Positions 47,350 to 56,787 of a DNA stretch of 64,000 bases are shown here, piece by piece. The notes beneath the pieces are model-generated. The model saw nothing but the letters and a program-made list of their open reading frames with translations. It was not told the origin of the DNA and made no database searches. The DNA comes from a virus. A program made the translations under genes and the position numbers. The stretch's first letter is position 1. The number at the start of each line of letters is the position of its first letter. The stretch lies in the IMG/VR virus record IMGVR_UViG_3300045988_101743, positions 19,509 to 83,508 of that record; one strand, given 5' to 3'.

Positions 47350-49680
47350 ATGGCAAAGACACAGACAAGGGTGAAGGTTATCTTCACAAAGGTTGGCACG
47401 GCCTACGATGCCACGAAAGCCTATCGGCTGCACGATTATATCGTGTTGAACGGTGTTACGGTCTACGCATGCAAGAAGGTGGATAAGACCACCATGACTT
47501 GCGTTGGACACCCGTTGACCGATACGGACTACTGGGATAAGTTCATCGACATGGAGGAGTTCAAGGCCGCAGCGGAGAAGGCCACCACGGCGGCCACTAC
47601 GGCGGCCAAGAGCGCAACCGATGCGGCCACGGCGGCCAACATCGCCAAGACCAACGCTGATGCCGCCACGAAGAAGGCCACCGATGCGGTAGGTGCGGCC
47701 ATCACGGCAACCACCAACGCCAACACGGCAACGCAAAAGGCCAACGACGCGGCAACGGCTTCCGAGAAGGTGAACGCCACCATCACCGCCGAGAACGTGT
47801 TGGAGGTGACTGACCGTGAAGGAGTAAAGAAAACACTGGAGCTCCAGTCGCAGGCCGACGCTACGGCAACAGCGCAGCAGGTAACACAGAACGCTTCCGA
47901 TATTGTGAGTCTTCGCAAGCGCATGGACCTCTTTGGCGACGCAATGGTTGGTTTCGCTCGCGTGAGCAGTGACGCTGACCCGAAGCCTATTCCAGAATTT
48001 GTGTATGGAGACCGCAATCTCATCCGTGAGATTGGTAGCCATTTTAAGATGGGAACCGTGAAGCGTGTCGGCAACGAGGCCGTGCTTCAGCACGAGTGCG
48101 CCCCTGGCCGCATAACGCTTGCCTCTAATGGAGATACAGTTGCTGTTGACGGCACAGAGGGCGACTTGCTCATGTACGTCGATACGGATGTTTATCTCCA
48201 AAAGTACAACGCTACGGTGAACGGGAAGGAAATGAGCTGCATGGGTATCGGAGTTGTCCCAAGCTATTGGATGGGCCATGCAGCAAAGAAGTTCGAGCCT
48301 TTCGCTATGTCTCCTTTTTACACAGTCAACGCAAAGCTCGCTGGTGACGAGCGTGAGTGCGCCCACAACGTTATCAGCGACAGTGTTATGGGGTCATATA
48401 AAACTCCAAATGGACTGTTAAAGGAGAATTTTAAGGTAAACGGCGGCGGTTTCGCTTCACAAGGAATTAGTGGAGCCCGATCCATATCTTTAGCCCAAAA
48501 CAAGAATGCGGATAGTAGCACCAACTACCCTTACATGGGTTGCTACTACGAGTTTTACGAGTTGTGGCTTACTATGATGTATGCAGAGTGTGGAACACTC
48601 AATACTAATAACATCTATTGCATGGGTACTGGTTGTACTCGGAGCATGCCTGTTACAGATGCCACATGGAACGATGAGAAGATTGCGGCTAACTCAGGAA
48701 TAAAGATCATTAAAGGCGACGGAAGTGTAGTCGCATACACTCATTTGATGGATAATAAATTTGCGAAGGGTTCTTCCACAAATATGCACTTTTTAGATGG
48801 CCTCGTGGGTTCAGACCACTACTCATTCACCAAGAACGGAGAGGCCATAATGGTTCTTGACGCTATTTCAAAGGGTGACTTGCAAGAAAAGGTTGGAGAT
48901 GCGTCAAACGTATTTTATTTTGACACGAATGGTTCGTTAGTGTGCTCTTCTGACGGTAGCATCAATTTGACAACAGGCGCAGGAATGTCTACAAACACTC
49001 GCTACTACATTGTGCGTGACGTACCAAACTGTCAAGGTATTGCTGAAGGAGTGCTAACAGCCGTCGTGAACTGCTATATAAAGATGAGCTTCGCTGATGG
49101 AGTTACTTTCAAAGGAAATAGCTTGACTGGAGCTTCTGCTATTTGCAAGTTCTCTCATTCTGTTTATCGTGGCAAAAGCTCTCCTCTGGATGGTATGTAC
49201 CAACAGTTGAGTGGTGCTCTATTCGTCTCGAGAAAATCGGGCAACAAGTCATACACCAAGTTTTACTGCGCAAAAAGCTGGAAGGATTTACCTGCGTTGA
49301 CAGATGGCTCTTCCTATACGGATATTTCTAACATAGAGAGCCTTGATGCGCTTAGAGGATTAACCACTTCGGTAGAAATCTCGCCAGGCCAAGGCTGGTC
49401 GAAAAAGGCGAACTATCAGTTTTCGCTTTTCTGTAGCGTTAACTCAGGAGGGGCACAGAATACTAACGAATGTTTTTCTTGCACAAACAATGGTTACGCA
49501 TGGGGTGCAGGAGCGAATGGGGAAGTTGGCGAAGGGAAAGCTTGCGCAAACGCTTTCAATGTCGGATGTTTCGCTAACGGAATTTCAGCATCCGTTCGCT
49601 CTATTGAGAGCAACGATGCGTTCTCTTTCAATTCATATAGCTCTGGCGCATTCTCTGTTCCTCGGCTCGTGTTAAAGTAG
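47350..49680 (+). CDS. Tail fibre protein with Ala/Thr-rich low-complexity repeat segment, 776 aa.
   Basis: AAEKATTAATTAAKSATDAATAANIAKTNADAATKKATDAVGAAITATTNANTATQKANDAATASEKVNA spans 47560-47800, followed by a long beta-rich C-terminal domain. Confidence 0.55.
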   Translation: MAKTQTRVKVIFTKVGTAYDATKAYRLHDYIVLNGVTVYACKKVDKTTMTCVGHPLTDTDYWDKFIDMEEFKAAAEKATTAATTAAKSATDAATAANIAKTNADAATKKATDAVGAAITATTNANTATQKANDAATASEKVNATITAENVLEVTDREGVKKTLELQSQADATATAQQVTQNASDIVSLRKRMDLFGDAMVGFARVSSDADPKPIPEFVYGDRNLIREIGSHFKMGTVKRVGNEAVLQHECAPGRITLASNGDTVAVDGTEGDLLMYVDTDVYLQKYNATVNGKEMSCMGIGVVPSYWMGHAAKKFEPFAMSPFYTVNAKLAGDERECAHNVISDSVMGSYKTPNGLLKENFKVNGGGFASQGISGARSISLAQNKNADSSTNYPYMGCYYEFYELWLTMMYAECGTLNTNNIYCMGTGCTRSMPVTDATWNDEKIAANSGIKIIKGDGSVVAYTHLMDNKFAKGSSTNMHFLDGLVGSDHYSFTKNGEAIMVLDAISKGDLQEKVGDASNVFYFDTNGSLVCSSDGSINLTTGAGMSTNTRYYIVRDVPNCQGIAEGVLTAVVNCYIKMSFADGVTFKGNSLTGASAICKFSHSVYRGKSSPLDGMYQQLSGALFVSRKSGNKSYTKFYCAKSWKDLPALTDGSSYTDISNIESLDALRGLTTSVEISPGQGWSKKANYQFSLFCSVNSGGAQNTNECFSCTNNGYAWGAGANGEVGEGKACANAFNVGCFANGISASVRSIESNDAFSFNSYSSGAFSVPRLVLK

Positions 49681-49700
49681 TTTCAAAAAGATAATAAGTC

Positions 49701-50294
49701 ATGGATAATTCAAGACAGATTTTTACAGAGCGCCAGCCAAAGGTAAGCGTGTGCGCAAGTGGAAGGGCTATGGTTGCCCTCAACGAGGCAGAGGTCAAAA
49801 CCTCCGAGCAAATCGCCGTTGGTATGACAGATGATGGCGAAATGCTTACAGAGGAACGTACCTCGAAACAGTATTCTTATGACGTGTATTGGCTTGATGA
49901 TGTTGGCGTTTCAGGCAACGCATTAAAGGCAGCTAAGAAAGCCGTTGTCGCCGAGATAGAGGCTTACGACACGTCGTCCGCCGTGAACGGATTTGTGCTC
50001 AACGGTGCGGTGGTGTGGCTCGACAAGGCGACAAGAGTCGGACTGATGAACTCCACCAACATCGCCAAGGCTTCGGGTAGCGCAACCACGACGCTGTGGC
50101 TGGGCGGCGAGCGCATGGTGGTGCCGTGCGACAAGGCAATTCAGCTCCTCTCGGCGCTTGAAATGTACGCCCTCGGTTGCTTCAACGTCACGGCATCGCA
50201 CAAGGCTGCCGTGGAGGCGATGACAACCATCGACGAGGTGTTGGCCTACGACTACAAGCAGGGCTACCCCGAGCAGTTAAAGATGGAGGTGTAG
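49701..50294 (+). CDS. Hypothetical protein, 197 aa.
   Basis: ORF. Confidence 0.45.
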   Translation: MDNSRQIFTERQPKVSVCASGRAMVALNEAEVKTSEQIAVGMTDDGEMLTEERTSKQYSYDVYWLDDVGVSGNALKAAKKAVVAEIEAYDTSSAVNGFVLNGAVVWLDKATRVGLMNSTNIAKASGSATTTLWLGGERMVVPCDKAIQLLSALEMYALGCFNVTASHKAAVEAMTTIDEVLAYDYKQGYPEQLKMEV

Positions 50295-50297
50295 GCT

Positions 50298-50771
50298 ATG
50301 ATGGTCGTCTGTCCTATCTTCCTATACGCCGTGACGCTCCTGAACATAGCGCTCTACTCGCGCAACATGGGGCGGCCCACGATGATCAGCGAGATGTATT
50401 ACGGCATGGGGCGTTCGTTGCTGCTGCCCTGCTTGCTGGTGGCGCTCGCCCTGTCGTTCCTGCCTACGATGCTCGCCCTCGGAGGCCAGCAATGGCTCGC
50501 CTTCCTAACTTGCATGGGCTTGGCCTTCGTGGGCGCAGCCCCGGCCTACCTGAGCGAGGGCGAACGGTCTGTGCATAAGGGGGCCGCCATCGTGTCGGCC
50601 TTTGCGGGCACGCTGTGGTGCCTGACGATGGAGCCGTGTGTGGTTGGCGTGGCCGCCCTCATGGCCATCATCGCCACGCTGACCGACCGACGGTGTTGGC
50701 TCTTCTGGTGCGAGATATGTACCATGACCGCCGTGCTCGCTACGGTGGTGATAAAGACCCTCGCCTCATGA
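50298..50771 (+). CDS. Multi-pass membrane protein, 157 aa (holin-family candidate).
   Basis: Four or five hydrophobic helices; upstream of the lysozyme. Confidence 0.4.
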   Translation: MMVVCPIFLYAVTLLNIALYSRNMGRPTMISEMYYGMGRSLLLPCLLVALALSFLPTMLALGGQQWLAFLTCMGLAFVGAAPAYLSEGERSVHKGAAIVSAFAGTLWCLTMEPCVVGVAALMAIIATLTDRRCWLFWCEICTMTAVLATVVIKTLAS

Positions 50772-50989
50772 TGCGCCTCTTCCAACTCAACAGGCGAGAC
50801 TGCATTGGTCTCGCCTGTTGGTTCCTCGCCTCCCTCGCCATCGGTCTATGGTCGCTCCCGCTGATGGTAGGCCGTGAGCTCTACCAATGGCGGCGTTACC
50901 ACCTACCGCGCTTCGAGTGGGAGGACGTGGCGAGATACGCCGTGGTGATCATCGTAGGGTGTGGGGTGCGATTTTTATTGACAAGATAG
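50768..50989 (+). CDS. Small two-TM membrane protein, 73 aa (holin/antiholin candidate).
   Basis: ATGA overlap with the preceding gene. Sequence MMRLFQLNRRDCIGLACWFLASLAIGLWSLPLMVG...AVVIIVGCGV. Confidence 0.35.
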   Translation: MMRLFQLNRRDCIGLACWFLASLAIGLWSLPLMVGRELYQWRRYHLPRFEWEDVARYAVVIIVGCGVRFLLTR

Positions 50990-51049
50990 CGCAATTATGA
51001 AAAATATGTAGTAATTTTACAAAAATGAAACAAAACTAAAAAGCAGGAT

Positions 51050-51433
51050 ATGGAGAATATAGTACAGATACTCACCTTGCTTGTGTCAAGCGGCATTGTC
51101 GGCCAATTGCTTTATTACAACTCACGCAAGCGAAAGGAGGCCGCATCGGCCCAGAAAGACGAGGACGCTAACGCAATGGCCTATGCGGTGGAGTGGAAGA
51201 ACCTCTACACGCATGAGCATGACGAGCACATGGCCGAGCGCACGAAGCTCAACGACAAGATCGACTCCCTGTTTGAGGAACTGAATAAGCAACGTGCCCA
51301 GATCCGTCAGCTCAAGGACGACAAGAGTGCGCTTATGCTCAAAAACCACGAACTGGGATGGTACGAGTGCCGCGTGAATGGCTGCCCCAAGCGCCAGCCT
51401 CCGCGTGACTACGGCAAGGAAGAAACAGACTAA
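51050..51433 (+). CDS. N-terminal TM + coiled-coil protein, 127 aa (i-spanin-like or holin class III-like topology).
   Basis: N-terminal hydrophobic helix ILTLLVSSGIVGQLLYY, then a charged helical region. Confidence 0.4.
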   Translation: MENIVQILTLLVSSGIVGQLLYYNSRKRKEAASAQKDEDANAMAYAVEWKNLYTHEHDEHMAERTKLNDKIDSLFEELNKQRAQIRQLKDDKSALMLKNHELGWYECRVNGCPKRQPPRDYGKEETD

Positions 51434-51444
51434 CATAATTAGGT

Positions 51445-51870
51445 ATGAAAGCAAGTGACATATTGATAGCGAAGATCAAGGAGTTTGAGGGTTACATGTC
51501 TCGGGCCTACCGTGATGCGGTAGGCGTGTGGACTTGTGGCTATGGCCACACAAGAGGAGTGAACGCAAGGACCTCATGCACACAGGCACAGGCCGACGCA
51601 TGGTTGCGCGTAGACCTTGATCCCCTCGAAAAGAGGCTGAACGGCATCAAGGAGATTGACTCACAAGGAAAGTTCGACGCTTGCCTTGATTTTTGCTTCA
51701 ACCTCGGCTTGGGAAACTTCTTGCGCTCGACCCTCCTAAAGACAATCAAGGAAGGCAAAGATGACAAGCGCATCAAGGCCGAGTTCATGCGGTGGGTCTA
51801 CGCAGGAGGCAGAAAGCTCGATGGCCTTGTTAAGAGAAGAGAATGGGAGGCCGAACGGTTCTTTCAGTAA
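51445..51870 (+). CDS. Endolysin, GH24 phage lysozyme family, 141 aa.
   Basis: EGYMSRAYRDAVGVWTCGYGHT matches the T4-lysozyme-type catalytic region (E...D...T, GYGHT). Confidence 0.8.
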   Translation: MKASDILIAKIKEFEGYMSRAYRDAVGVWTCGYGHTRGVNARTSCTQAQADAWLRVDLDPLEKRLNGIKEIDSQGKFDACLDFCFNLGLGNFLRSTLLKTIKEGKDDKRIKAEFMRWVYAGGRKLDGLVKRREWEAERFFQ

Positions 51871-51888
51871 CGTTAAAAGACAATAGCA

Positions 51889-52311
51889 ATGAAAAGATAT
51901 TGGTTACAATGGCTCACGCTCGCTATGCTGGCCGTGATGCTCATGACGCTGACAGGATGCAGGAGCGTGAAATATATCCCTGTCACGGAGTACAGGGACA
52001 GGTACGTAAGCAAGACGGACAGCTTCGTTAAGACGGACAGCGTCTATCTGCACGATAGCGTTACAGTCTTTGCGAAAGGCGACACCGTCTACATTGCCAA
52101 GATACGCTTCAAGGATAGGTTCAAAATCGTCTACCACACCAAGACCGACACCGTAGCCGTGCATGACTCCATACCCTATCCTGTCAAGGTGGAGGTAGAG
52201 AAAAGGCAGTCGGCCATCGACAAGGTGTTCGTATGGCTTGGCAAGATGGCAGGCATTTTGTTTGTCGTGTTCACCGTGCTCATCGTGTATAACCTCGTCA
52301 GAAAGCATTAG
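51889..52311 (+). CDS. Lipoprotein with C-terminal TM helix (unimolecular-spanin-like topology), 140 aa.
   Basis: Signal peptide and lipobox LMTLTGC at the N-terminus; C-terminal hydrophobic helix MAGILFVVFTVLIVYNLV. Lies directly after the endolysin. Confidence 0.5.
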   Translation: MKRYWLQWLTLAMLAVMLMTLTGCRSVKYIPVTEYRDRYVSKTDSFVKTDSVYLHDSVTVFAKGDTVYIAKIRFKDRFKIVYHTKTDTVAVHDSIPYPVKVEVEKRQSAIDKVFVWLGKMAGILFVVFTVLIVYNLVRKH

Positions 52312-52428
52312 ATGAAAGTTCTTTTAGTTTTGATTTAGATAGGTTCAAGTTAGTTATTAGTTAGGTAGTACTTCTTTGGAGAAAGAAGATTGTTGATTCA
52401 GGATTTATCTCAGCCTTGCTTGCCCGTG

Positions 52429-52460
52429 ACGGGTGGGCAAGTTTTTTTTGTTATGCACGA
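52429..52460 (+). terminator. Intrinsic terminator ending the rightward morphogenesis/lysis transcription unit.
   Basis: Hairpin cttgcccgtgacgggtgggcaag followed by T8. Confidence 0.65.
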
Positions 52461-52469
52461 AAAAAGGCG

Positions 52470-52497
52470 ACGCAAGAAGCACCGCCTTTATCAATTG
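52470..52497 (-). terminator. Intrinsic terminator for the leftward RelA/SpoT-domain gene.
   Basis: Hairpin ggcgacgcaagaagcaccgcc, with a minus-strand U-run (plus-strand aaaaaa at 52471-52476). Confidence 0.5.
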
Positions 52498-52510
52498 TCA
52501 GAAACGTATC

Positions 52511-53536
52511 TTACAGCAAAGCACATTTCTCGTCAAACTCATACAGATACTCCAAGAAAGACTTTGTGTCGAGGAAGTAACTTGGGTAAGCCTCCTTTAT
52601 CTCGCGTATCTTGTCAATGGCAACCATGAGTGCCGCTTCATCCTCATTGATGGTTGTTTCTATCTCGCTAAACATCTCGGTTGCTTTCTTGTAGTCAGCA
52701 GAAGGATATACCTTCGCGTGTACTATGTGCCTAACGAAATCAATAGTAAGCACGCAGTAGCCACGTTCATCTTCATCAAGGTCACTATTCACGGTGACGC
52801 GCAAGGCCTTGAACTGCTCTACAAGTTTCAGTTCCTTGTATCTGAAATACGCATCGCACAACTCTTTTGTCGTACAACCATCATACATCGCCAACACAGG
52901 CTTGTTCTCCTCGCGAGAGAATAACGCGCTTACGAGCTTGAAGAACCCTCTCCATTCCTGCGCATTGTCCATATCAGCCTTTAATGTCGTGTTTGATATG
53001 AGGCTTGCTGTCTCTACTGCCATTGCCCAAGAGTGTTGCAGCCGGGTACGGATTTGCAACTCCACGGAAAGGCCGTTGTAAGTTTCGTTCTCAGAACGAT
53101 ACTGGTAAACGTAATGGATGCTTCTGTAACCGCTATCTTTCGGGTGAACTACATAATCATACGACCTCTTTAAGGAGAATTTAGATGGAGTAAACTTGTC
53201 AAGGACTTCCTTCACCGCATCAAGTTCCTCTATGCTTGAAAAGACAAACCTCAATCCGCCAATATCTTGCAAGCCCCCGAGTTTAGTCCGTTTCGCTGCA
53301 TTGTTGCGCAATTTCTCTTCTATTGAAGTCATTCGCTTGATGCGCATTGAGGAAAAGGCATAATGCGTGTTGGTGTCTGAGAAAAGCTGAACGATTTGCT
53401 TATCCAACTCTTGCATGACAAACAGGTGCGTGTCACGCCATTGCTGAACAATCGCCACAGCTTCCTTTCTCAAAAAAGGGTCAGAGCCTATTAGAGCATC
53501 TCCAGCCCTGTCAAGTTTGTGTCTCGTGTAAAGCAT
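52511..53536 (-). CDS. RelA/SpoT-homologue synthetase-domain protein (small alarmone synthetase / toxSAS / CapRel-like), 341 aa.
   Basis: All core RSH synthetase motifs are present in order: SMRIKRMTSIEEKL, DIGGLRFVF, GYRSIHYVY, ELQIRTRLQHSWAMAVE. An extra C-terminal domain of about 140 aa follows. The gene is monocistronic, bracketed by convergent terminators. Confidence 0.8.
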   Translation of the reverse strand: MLYTRHKLDRAGDALIGSDPFLRKEAVAIVQQWRDTHLFVMQELDKQIVQLFSDTNTHYAFSSMRIKRMTSIEEKLRNNAAKRTKLGGLQDIGGLRFVFSSIEELDAVKEVLDKFTPSKFSLKRSYDYVVHPKDSGYRSIHYVYQYRSENETYNGLSVELQIRTRLQHSWAMAVETASLISNTTLKADMDNAQEWRGFFKLVSALFSREENKPVLAMYDGCTTKELCDAYFRYKELKLVEQFKALRVTVNSDLDEDERGYCVLTIDFVRHIVHAKVYPSADYKKATEMFSEIETTINEDEAALMVAIDKIREIKEAYPSYFLDTKSFLEYLYEFDEKCALL

Positions 53537-53718
53537 TGCGTGATTGATTATTTAAGTTGACTTCGATTTCGCTTGCAAAGTTACATTATTATATGCAAGT
53601 TTACAAGTCTTGTGATTATTATTACCGCAATACCAAGTGTTAAACTTCTCAAACGGCCTTTTCAACCAAAAGAAAATTATTACCTTTGCAAATGTCAATC
53701 TGACCAAAGGAGGAACTT

Positions 53719-54225
53719 ATGACAAAGGAAGAGGAAGGCGTTATCCTTTCATTCATGCAAGGAAAGGATGTGAGCGAGGTATTGTCGTTGTTGATGAAGA
53801 ACGGCAACAGGTATTCAAGGCGCATATTGAAGTTTTTTATGTGGTTCTGCAAGTGGGTACCCATAGTCATCATGTGTTTTCACGCTTATGGCATGGTGGA
53901 TTTCAGCACTCATCCGAGAGAAATGTTCCTCCCATACAAGGAGAATACGGCCTGTTACCTGTTCATCTACTTTATGGTGTATGTGCTACCGATAGTCATT
54001 ATCTTGGCCTCCCGTTTCTTTTTCCTATGTTGGAAGTATCGTGTGCCGTTCTTTTATTATTTTGGAGTGAACGCCATCCACATTTGTTTCGGTAGCATCT
54101 TTACGACAAATGAAATGATCATGCCTCACTTTTGCTTGATGGCAATGATAGCGAGCATGTACCTGTATGGCATGGCCGACTGGTTCTTGAAGAACACTGC
54201 GATCGGAAGAAAGTTTTTCTCATAA
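53719..54225 (+). CDS. Polytopic membrane protein, 168 aa.
   Basis: Four hydrophobic helices. Confidence 0.45.
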   Translation: MTKEEEGVILSFMQGKDVSEVLSLLMKNGNRYSRRILKFFMWFCKWVPIVIMCFHAYGMVDFSTHPREMFLPYKENTACYLFIYFMVYVLPIVIILASRFFFLCWKYRVPFFYYFGVNAIHICFGSIFTTNEMIMPHFCLMAMIASMYLYGMADWFLKNTAIGRKFFS

Positions 54226-54232
54226 AAAATGC

Positions 54233-54583
54233 TTGCTGGGTATGAAAAAGATGTTCAACTATTACACCTTGGCCTTGATACTGAAATCGCTCTATGAGAG
54301 CTGCATGAAAGCATGGGAGCAACAACAGAAGGGTGAGAAGGTAACGGCCTGTGGCATGAGCGACGAGGATATTGACGAGTTGTGCCAAGACATCCTCCCC
54401 AACATGCTTAACCCTATGATGAGCACCGAGGAGGTGAAGGAGAAGCTACGTGTGAGCGACGCCACGCTTAACAGGCTTGTGGCCAAGGGCGACCTACCGA
54501 ATGGCGAGTGCAAGAGGCGTGGGCATACGAGGTATTGGAAGAAATGGGACATTCTTCATTTTCTACGAAACAGAAAGAAATGA
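54233..54583 (+). CDS. Helix-turn-helix DNA-binding protein, excisionase/MerR-like, 116 aa.
   Basis: LRVSDATLNRLVAKGDLP...HTRYWKKWDI resembles Xis/AlpA-type HTH. Confidence 0.5.
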   Translation: MLGMKKMFNYYTLALILKSLYESCMKAWEQQQKGEKVTACGMSDEDIDELCQDILPNMLNPMMSTEEVKEKLRVSDATLNRLVAKGDLPNGECKRRGHTRYWKKWDILHFLRNRKK

Positions 54584-54956
54584 CAGAAAGCTAATAGAGT
54601 TTTATCAATGCACCATAACTCGTTGATGATCAAGCGATAACATGATGATAGAAAATTGATAGAACTATGATAGAAAAGAAACAAAGCAAAATAAAGCATT
54701 TGCCTGCCTCGTTTTGAGGTGGGCTTTTTGTTTCAGTAGTAAAGGATTACTTTACAACTGAAATGGCGAACATGTTAACGTAATAGGCTTTTCTTAACAT
54801 GAGCAATACAACGTGTTAGCAAATTCCAGTTTTGTTAACATGATAGAACCGCCTATCACCTTATCTTTCTTATTATCAGCGTGTTACAAAAAGTGTGAGC
54901 GAGTTATACACTTATCCATTATGAAGGACTAACTTTGCCTACGTAACGTTACAATA

Positions 54957-55706
54957 GTGTTAGTTCAAATAAGGTATAACAAGAAAGATTGTATTATCAT
55001 GGATATGACAGATGCAAAAGTAGTAGAGAAGAAAATCTACGAAGATGGAAAGAAAGAGTATGCCAGCAAGGGCTTGGCAGGAACAGCCCTTGGCATTGGT
55101 ATAGGTGGCCTTGCGCTCGCGCTTCTCAACGGAGGTGGTCGAGGCGTATTCGGCTCCCTCGGTGGTGGCAATATGCCCGAGAACGTGAACATCAACGCTT
55201 ATGGAGCTAACGCAAGCTCCAATCAGCCAACCGCCTTACAGGTAATGGAGAAGGAATGCGCTGACGAGGTGAAGCTGCTTACCGATATGTTCGGTTTGAA
55301 GCTCGACACCGCCAACAAGTTCTACGCTATGCGTGAGACAGACATCGCCGAGAAATTCTCTATGTACAAGGGTGGCGTAGAGGCTATCAATGCCGAGAAC
55401 CGCCGTGCTATGCAAGCAGAGTTCGGCCTGTATAAATCTCAGATTGATGCGGACTTCGGCCTCTACAAGAACCAGCGAGACAACTACGACAACTTGCAGG
55501 CCAAGTATTGCGAGCTCGACAAGAAGGTGGCCGTGATGGAAGCCCTCACTCCCTACAAGGAGAAGCTGATGATGGCTTACGTTAACGAGAAGACTTGCGA
55601 CTGTATTCATGGACAGTTGGTGCTCCCCTCTACGCCAGTTGTTTCTGGTTACGGGAGTTACGGTTGTAACTGCAAGGTCGCATCAGCGCCCTCCACAGGA
55701 GCGTAG
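54957..55706 (+). CDS. Hypothetical Gly-rich protein, 249 aa (start may be MDMTDAK at about 54999).
   Basis: ORF. Contains a GIGIGGLALALLNGGGRGVFGSLGGG segment. Confidence 0.45.
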   Translation: MLVQIRYNKKDCIIMDMTDAKVVEKKIYEDGKKEYASKGLAGTALGIGIGGLALALLNGGGRGVFGSLGGGNMPENVNINAYGANASSNQPTALQVMEKECADEVKLLTDMFGLKLDTANKFYAMRETDIAEKFSMYKGGVEAINAENRRAMQAEFGLYKSQIDADFGLYKNQRDNYDNLQAKYCELDKKVAVMEALTPYKEKLMMAYVNEKTCDCIHGQLVLPSTPVVSGYGSYGCNCKVASAPSTGA

Positions 55707-55831
55707 CAGGTCAGCGAAGAAGTCCGTAAGACGGGCCAAGAAGAAATGAGTTGGTGAGGGGCGTTTGCCCTCGTTGGTGGACGCCCTCTCACCTCTCCAT
55801 AAAACATATCACCAACTTAAAGATATTGATC

Positions 55832-56317
55832 ATGATGAATTTCGCAAACAGTCCATTGTTGGATATGGGCACAGGCCAGCAGCCGCAGATGATGGATGCT
55901 GAGTTGCAGAAGATATACGAAGCGCTACAACAAAAGCGTGCGTCCATCAACATGCAAGCGCAGCAATCGCCAACCCCTTTATGGGACGAGATAGACAAGA
56001 TAGAGGACTCGCTCACAGGCGCCCAAAGGAAATACCTATCCCAAAACAAGGAGTATGTCGATAGCTTGCAGTACGTTACAAAGCTCGTGCAGGACGAGGA
56101 GCTACGCATCATACGCCCACGAATAGAGGCGACGCAACAAGGACAGGAGGCATTGAGAAAGCACCTGTCTCTCATGCAGAAATTGCGCAAGGAGGTAGCT
56201 CAGGCAGAGGAGCAGAAAACCGCCTTGCTCAACGACTACATGGAAAACCATAGCGATAAGACATGGCAAGAATATCTCACCATGATACAAGGCAAGAAAG
56301 GAGGAGCTAAGAAATGA
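55832..56317 (+). CDS. Hypothetical protein, about 161 aa (start trimmed to MMNFANS to clear the upstream hairpin).
   Basis: ORF. An imperfect 10-bp hairpin at 55755-55795 precedes it. Confidence 0.45.
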   Translation: MMNFANSPLLDMGTGQQPQMMDAELQKIYEALQQKRASINMQAQQSPTPLWDEIDKIEDSLTGAQRKYLSQNKEYVDSLQYVTKLVQDEELRIIRPRIEATQQGQEALRKHLSLMQKLRKEVAQAEEQKTALLNDYMENHSDKTWQEYLTMIQGKKGGAKK

Positions 56318-56745
56318 AGATAGAGGCATTGAAAGAAAAGCTCATGTCGTCCGTTGACCTTTGGGCAGACGCACAGATTGACGATATGGTAAAAGGGAAC
56401 CCCATGCTCGCCATCCCATCTGTGTATATAAAGAGGGCGGCCCACAACATCATAGCCAAGAACAAGGGCAAATGGAGCGAGCAAATAGACAATGCCGCCC
56501 TGTTCATAGCTGACGAGAACGGAATTGTTGATGCCGGGACAGTGTTCGATGACATGATGCAGATGTTAAAGGCCATCGACGACTACCAGTTTGATATCGG
56601 TATTATCCATGGGCATATCGGAGGTGGCATGATAAGCATCGACCTTCCTGACAACATCGCTATGACGTTATTGTTCGGGAGCAAGAGAAGCATCAATATC
56701 ACGACGGAAGACTTTGCCGAGCTTAGATCGTTGCTTACGGATTGA
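56314..56745 (+). CDS. Hypothetical protein, 143 aa.
   Basis: ORF with ATGA overlap to the previous gene. Confidence 0.45.
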   Translation: MKIEALKEKLMSSVDLWADAQIDDMVKGNPMLAIPSVYIKRAAHNIIAKNKGKWSEQIDNAALFIADENGIVDAGTVFDDMMQMLKAIDDYQFDIGIIHGHIGGGMISIDLPDNIAMTLLFGSKRSINITTEDFAELRSLLTD

Positions 56746-56787
56746 TCGACAAGAAACCATAAACCTAACAACAAATAACCAAAAACC

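Noticed and set aside
50615-50767. N-terminal half of ORF 50615..50989
   Set aside because: It overlaps the 157-aa membrane protein gene in another frame. Only the segment from the ATG at 50768 (ATGA junction) onward looks coding.
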